DNA from: Armatimonadota bacterium
Lineage (GTDB): Bacteria; Armatimonadota; UBA5829; DSUL01
Length of the DNA stretch: 64,000 nt
Assembly (NCBI GenBank): GCA_039811685.1
Contig: JBDHZC010000002.1
Coordinates: 64,001-128,000 of the forward strand
Direction of reading: 5' to 3'
The notes beneath the pieces were generated by a model. That model did no database searches. It was not told the origin of the DNA and saw only the letters and a list, made by a program, of their open reading frames with translations. This document shows, one piece after another, positions 60,150 through 64,000 of the stretch. The position numbers were made by a program, and so were the translations under genes. Numbering within the stretch: position 1 is the first letter of the stretch; each line of letters opens with the position of its first letter.

Positions 60150-60638
60150 ATGAAGTGCCCTTATTGCGGGCATCAGGAAGACCGTGTTCTGGACTCACGC
60201 TCTACTAAAGAGGGAGAGTCTATCAAGCGGCGGCGAGAATGTCTCGAGTGTGGTGCCCGATTCAACACGTTTGAGGAGATTGAAGAGCGTCGGCTGCAGG
60301 TGATCAAAAAGGACGAATCCCGGGAGCCGTTCGACCGTGGGAAAATCCTCCGGGGCATGATTACGGCGTGCGAAAAACGTCCGGTGAGCGTGGAGGATCT
60401 CGAGCAGGCGGTTGATGAGATTGAAAAACACTTTCGCAACCAGCCTACCCGGGAAGTGCGCTCCAGCGACATCGGTGAGATGGTAATTGAGCGGCTGCGG
60501 CAGCTCGACCAGGTGGCCTTTGTCCGGTTTGCTTCTGTGTACTGGCAGTTCGAGGACGTTCAGCAGTTCAGAGAGATTGTGGACCGGATGGCGGCGCGGA
60601 AGCGTCTGCGCAGACAGCCCAGTTCTGCCGAGGGCTGA
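60150..60638 (+). CDS. nrdR: Transcriptional repressor NrdR
   Basis: MKCPYCG, DSR, RRREC, ATP cone, VAFVRFASVY. Confidence 0.96.
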   Translation: MKCPYCGHQEDRVLDSRSTKEGESIKRRRECLECGARFNTFEEIEERRLQVIKKDESREPFDRGKILRGMITACEKRPVSVEDLEQAVDEIEKHFRNQPTREVRSSDIGEMVIERLRQLDQVAFVRFASVYWQFEDVQQFREIVDRMAARKRLRRQPSSAEG

Positions 60639-60674
60639 GCGCGCGATGACATAGCGACTCATGGAGGAATAGCT

Positions 60675-61001
60675 ATGGGCGACTCAAACAGCGTATGCAA
60701 GAAAAAGCAGGCTTCTGTCACAAGCTGGGAGCTTGATGAAGCCGCGGACTCCGGGGCGGGCGCCGGTCTCTCCTGCTTCCCCGGACTGTCTGAGATTCTG
60801 GTGACACCGGATTATCAAAAGGCTCGCATGCTGGAAATGCGGCTGCGCGTGTGCGGGATCCCTTGTATCATAAACTCGAGCGCGGCCAGTGGTGTCTTTG
60901 GAGAATATGAGGAGTTCTTCGGACAGACGAGCGTGCTGGTTCCCAATAACATGGTGACTGACGCAAACCGCGTGCTGCGTCAGGAAACTATCCTCAACTA
61001 A
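60675..61001 (+). CDS. Hypothetical protein (DUF2007-like)
   Basis: GGAGG RBS; A.ML...L...GIPC...VLVP....DA..VL pattern. Confidence 0.65.
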   Translation: MGDSNSVCKKKQASVTSWELDEAADSGAGAGLSCFPGLSEILVTPDYQKARMLEMRLRVCGIPCIINSSAASGVFGEYEEFFGQTSVLVPNNMVTDANRVLRQETILN

Positions 61002-61070
61002 CGTCTCAAAAACCGCGTAAGCTGCGGAGTCAATTGTGTCTGCCTCAACCTGAAGGCAGGGAGTGTGTGA

Positions 61071-61772
61071 ATGCGCGTTCTTGCAGTCGGAGCTCATCCT
61101 GACGATATTGAGATTCTGTGTGCCGGCACTTTGCTGCGTTATGCTCAGGACGGACATGACGTGAGCATGGCGGTGGCGACCAACGGCGAACAGGGCCACG
61201 CAATCATCGAACCGCCTGAGCTGGCAGAAATCCGCAAAGTGGAAGCGCAGGCGTCAGCCGATCTGTGCGGTGCGGAGCTCTTCTGGCTTGGATTTCCGGA
61301 TGAGTTCATTTACCACGATCACGACACACGCATGCGCTTCATTGAGCTGATGCGCCAGGCGCGCCCGGATGTCGTCATCACACACAACCCGCAGGACTAT
61401 CACATGGACCACCGGATAGTGTCCGAGCTCGTGTTTGTTTCCAGCTTTCTTGCCACCGTGCCCCACGTTATCACGGCAAGCCCGAGTACCACCGTCAATC
61501 CGCCGCTTTACTATATGGACAGTCTGGCAGGCGCAAACTTCGTTCCGACTGAGTACGTGGACATTTCTGGGGTAATTGACCGCAAAGAGGCAATGCTGAA
61601 CTGTCATCAGAGCCAGACAAAGTGGTTGAAAGACCACGACAACATAGATGTGCTGGAGTTTATGCGGTCGCAGAATCGCTTCAGAGGGCTGAGTTGCAGT
61701 GTGCCGTACGCGGAAGGCTTTGCGAGACTGGACGCGTGGGGACGCAACCCGGTGACGCGAGTTCTGCCTTAG
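61071..61772 (+). CDS. PIG-L/LmbE-family deacetylase
   Basis: AHPDDIE, HMDH, CHQSQ, AEGF. Confidence 0.93.
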   Translation: MRVLAVGAHPDDIEILCAGTLLRYAQDGHDVSMAVATNGEQGHAIIEPPELAEIRKVEAQASADLCGAELFWLGFPDEFIYHDHDTRMRFIELMRQARPDVVITHNPQDYHMDHRIVSELVFVSSFLATVPHVITASPSTTVNPPLYYMDSLAGANFVPTEYVDISGVIDRKEAMLNCHQSQTKWLKDHDNIDVLEFMRSQNRFRGLSCSVPYAEGFARLDAWGRNPVTRVLP

Positions 61773-61817
61773 GCGGAGCAACCGGGCAGGCTACGTGCGT
61801 GAGGTGCGAACGCGACA

Positions 61818-63140
61818 TCAGCTCTTTCCACAGCATCTCTTGTACTTCAAACCACTGCCGCACGGACACGGGCTGTTGCGGCCAATCTGAGCAGGCGCCC
61901 CGGTTCCGTTGGAGGGATTGCGGCCGGCAAGGATATCCATTATCATCGCCGGCGGCTTCTGTTCACGCAGAAGGCGCGCCATTGTCCGCATGGGTCCATT
62001 AATATGATTGAAGAACATCCGATAGCCGGCGCACAGGTAGTTCAGGCCTTCTTCGCCGTCGGCTGTGGTGATGAAACGGTCCTTCGGGCATCCGCCGTTG
62101 CACACGAAGCGCACTTCACACTCCCTGCACTGTCTGGGCAGCGTGTCCAGCTTGTCCTGCCCGAACTTGCGCTGAAAAGGTGAGGCCGCCATCTGCTTCA
62201 TCGGTGTGCGCATAATGTTGCCCAGATAGTACTCCGGGCGTACGAAGTGATCGCAGGAAAATAAATCGCCCGAATGCTCCATCGCAAGAGCGTTTCCACA
62301 CGTTTTTGCATGCACGCACAGGCTCGGTTCCATCCCCATCCACGCCTGAAGTGACATATCAAAATGCTGGACGAAAATGCGCCCGACGTCTTTGCGCACC
62401 CACTCGTCAAACACGCCGCACAAAAACCGCCCCCAATGCTCCGCCGGCACTGTCCAGTCTGTTACTGCGCCGTCAGGAAGCTGCTCGACCGCCGGGATGA
62501 ACTGCATAAACTGGACACGTTCATCGCGGAAAAAGCGATAGACTTCAAGAGGCTTGTGGCAGTTGACGCTGTTGACGACACACAGCACGTTGTGCTCAAT
62601 TCCATAGCGCTGAAAGCGCTTAAGCGTTGCATATACGCGGTCGAAAGTCGGGTGGCCTCCCTTGTCAACGCGATTGGCGTCGTGAAGCTCCCGCGGGCCG
62701 TCCAGGCTCAGGCCTACCAGAAAGCGGTTGTCCCGGAGAAACGTGCACCACTCGTCGTCAATCAGAGTACCGTTGGTCTGAAAGGCGTTGTGGATGGTCA
62801 TGCCGGGTCTGGCATATTTGCGCTGGCACTCCAGGGCCTTTTCAAAAAACTCTATGCCCATCAGGGTCGGCTCTCCGCCCTGCCATGCGAAGGTCACCTC
62901 CGGCACGGATTGCGCTTCGATGTATTGACGTGTGAAGCTTTCGAGGACCTCGTCAGACATCTTGAAGCTGGAGTCTCTCTCGAACAGCGCTTCCTTACGC
63001 AAATAGAAGCAGTAGGAGCAGTCGAGATTGCAGATAGCGCCGCGAGGCTTCAGCATGACGTGAAAGCTTTGCGGCATCGTGGGGCGCGGGCCACCCGGCA
63101 GTGAGAGTTCGGTTACAGGAATAAAAGACTTGAGACTCAC
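61818..63140 (-). CDS. Anaerobic sulfatase-maturating radical SAM enzyme with C-terminal SEC-C motif
   Basis: CNLDCSYC, WQGGEPTL, SPASM cysteines, GRNSPCPCGSGLKYKRCC; start may be ATG 63077. Confidence 0.93.
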   Translation of the reverse strand: MSLKSFIPVTELSLPGGPRPTMPQSFHVMLKPRGAICNLDCSYCFYLRKEALFERDSSFKMSDEVLESFTRQYIEAQSVPEVTFAWQGGEPTLMGIEFFEKALECQRKYARPGMTIHNAFQTNGTLIDDEWCTFLRDNRFLVGLSLDGPRELHDANRVDKGGHPTFDRVYATLKRFQRYGIEHNVLCVVNSVNCHKPLEVYRFFRDERVQFMQFIPAVEQLPDGAVTDWTVPAEHWGRFLCGVFDEWVRKDVGRIFVQHFDMSLQAWMGMEPSLCVHAKTCGNALAMEHSGDLFSCDHFVRPEYYLGNIMRTPMKQMAASPFQRKFGQDKLDTLPRQCRECEVRFVCNGGCPKDRFITTADGEEGLNYLCAGYRMFFNHINGPMRTMARLLREQKPPAMIMDILAGRNPSNGTGAPAQIGRNSPCPCGSGLKYKRCCGKS

Positions 63141-63251
63141 AACGTCAACACTCTAACGACGGACGGCGGCAAGAGCTTATTGCAGGGAAGCAGGCTACCC
63201 GCACTGACAGAAGCCACAGTCGCTCTTGCGATCGGGCTGGAAAAACCTGGA

Positions 63252-64000
63252 CTAGAACGGATTGACAGGGACGCCGTTGCGGCGAACTTCAAAGTGACAG
63301 TGAGGCCCCGTTGACCAGCCTGTGCTGCCGGAATAAGCGATGACCTGCCCCTGTTTGACCTCCTGCCCTGCGCGGCAGGCAACTCTGGAGTTGTGCCCGT
63401 ACAAAGTGGAGACTCCGCCGCCGTGATCGATAACCACCGCATTTCCGTAAGCGCCCATCCAGCCCGCCATAATCACGGTCCCTGACGCAGCGGCTTTGAC
63501 AGAGGTGCCCGAGGGACACGCAAAATCCACGCCTGTGTGCAGCTTGGTCTTTTTGAGAATAGGATGGAAGCGCATGCCAAATCCGGAGCTAACTCTTCCA
63601 TTCACAGGGTGGATAAAACCGCCCTTGAAAGCTTTAGCGTAGCGAGCTCGTCCGGCGGGCGTTGCCTGTAGAGCCTGAATCCGCGATGCAATGCGGTTGG
63701 ACTCTGCAATGAGTTCATCCAGCGCGCGCTCGTAAGAAGCGCGGTCGGCTCTGATCTCGTCAAGCTGCGCATACTGAAGTGTCGCCAACCGCTTCTCCTG
63801 CGCTTCCTTCAGACCCAAACGGCTCTGAAGAGTGTTGATCCTGGCGACGGTGGCACGCTGCTCGACCTGGCGCTCGGCGATATTTTGCCGAAGAGAGCGA
63901 ATTTGGCTTACGAGGCGCACATCGTTTTCGACAATCTGCTGCACCATCTTCACCCGCGTCATCGCGCTCCATGCATCCTGGGATGTAACAATAGCAGCGA
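63252..64000 (-). CDS. Coiled-coil plus M23 peptidase (EnvC/murein hydrolase type), 5' part outside the window
   Basis: HTGVD, YGH, STGPHCHFEVR; frame stays open to the window edge. Confidence 0.92.
   Translation of the reverse strand, partial: AAIVTSQDAWSAMTRVKMVQQIVENDVRLVSQIRSLRQNIAERQVEQRATVARINTLQSRLGLKEAQEKRLATLQYAQLDEIRADRASYERALDELIAESNRIASRIQALQATPAGRARYAKAFKGGFIHPVNGRVSSGFGMRFHPILKKTKLHTGVDFACPSGTSVKAAASGTVIMAGWMGAYGNAVVIDHGGGVSTLYGHNSRVACRAGQEVKQGQVIAYSGSTGWSTGPHCHFEVRRNGVPVNPF

Overview
GC-rich bacterial chromosomal window, mostly core and envelope genes. Gene content suggests a diderm, possibly Armatimonadota (inferred from the PEP-CTERM variant, TolC and a characteristic C-terminal domain; not verified). 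Left end (1-8.1 kb, minus strand): an exosortase/PEP-CTERM/exopolysaccharide locus (priming sugar transferase, PPIase, PEP-CTERM protein, Wzc, Wza-like, exosortase, partial EpsI) behind a sigma70 promoter and a ~390-nt structured leader. Then trxA, an ECF sigma/zinc anti-sigma/DUF5666-like module with two matching ECF promoters, TauE, mgtE, MarR-TolC-MacAB, rnj-dapA-asd-dapB-M16, SPFH/NfeD, dacB, xerC-hslV-hslU, a ~1400-aa secreted multidomain protein, bfr, tkt-tal-zwf-opcA, a dipeptide epimerase cluster, DegT/Gfo/ceramidase-like genes, a GH38 mannosidase, nrdR, PIG-L, an anaerobic sulfatase maturase and a partial M23 peptidase. No rRNA, tRNA, CRISPR or IS element was recognised. Best leads: a PEP-CTERM protein with Cys-Gln thioester (TED) motifs inside the EPS operon, the long leader of that operon, the ECF mini-regulon, and two small ORFs missing from the ORF track. 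All family assignments come from motif recognition, not database searches.
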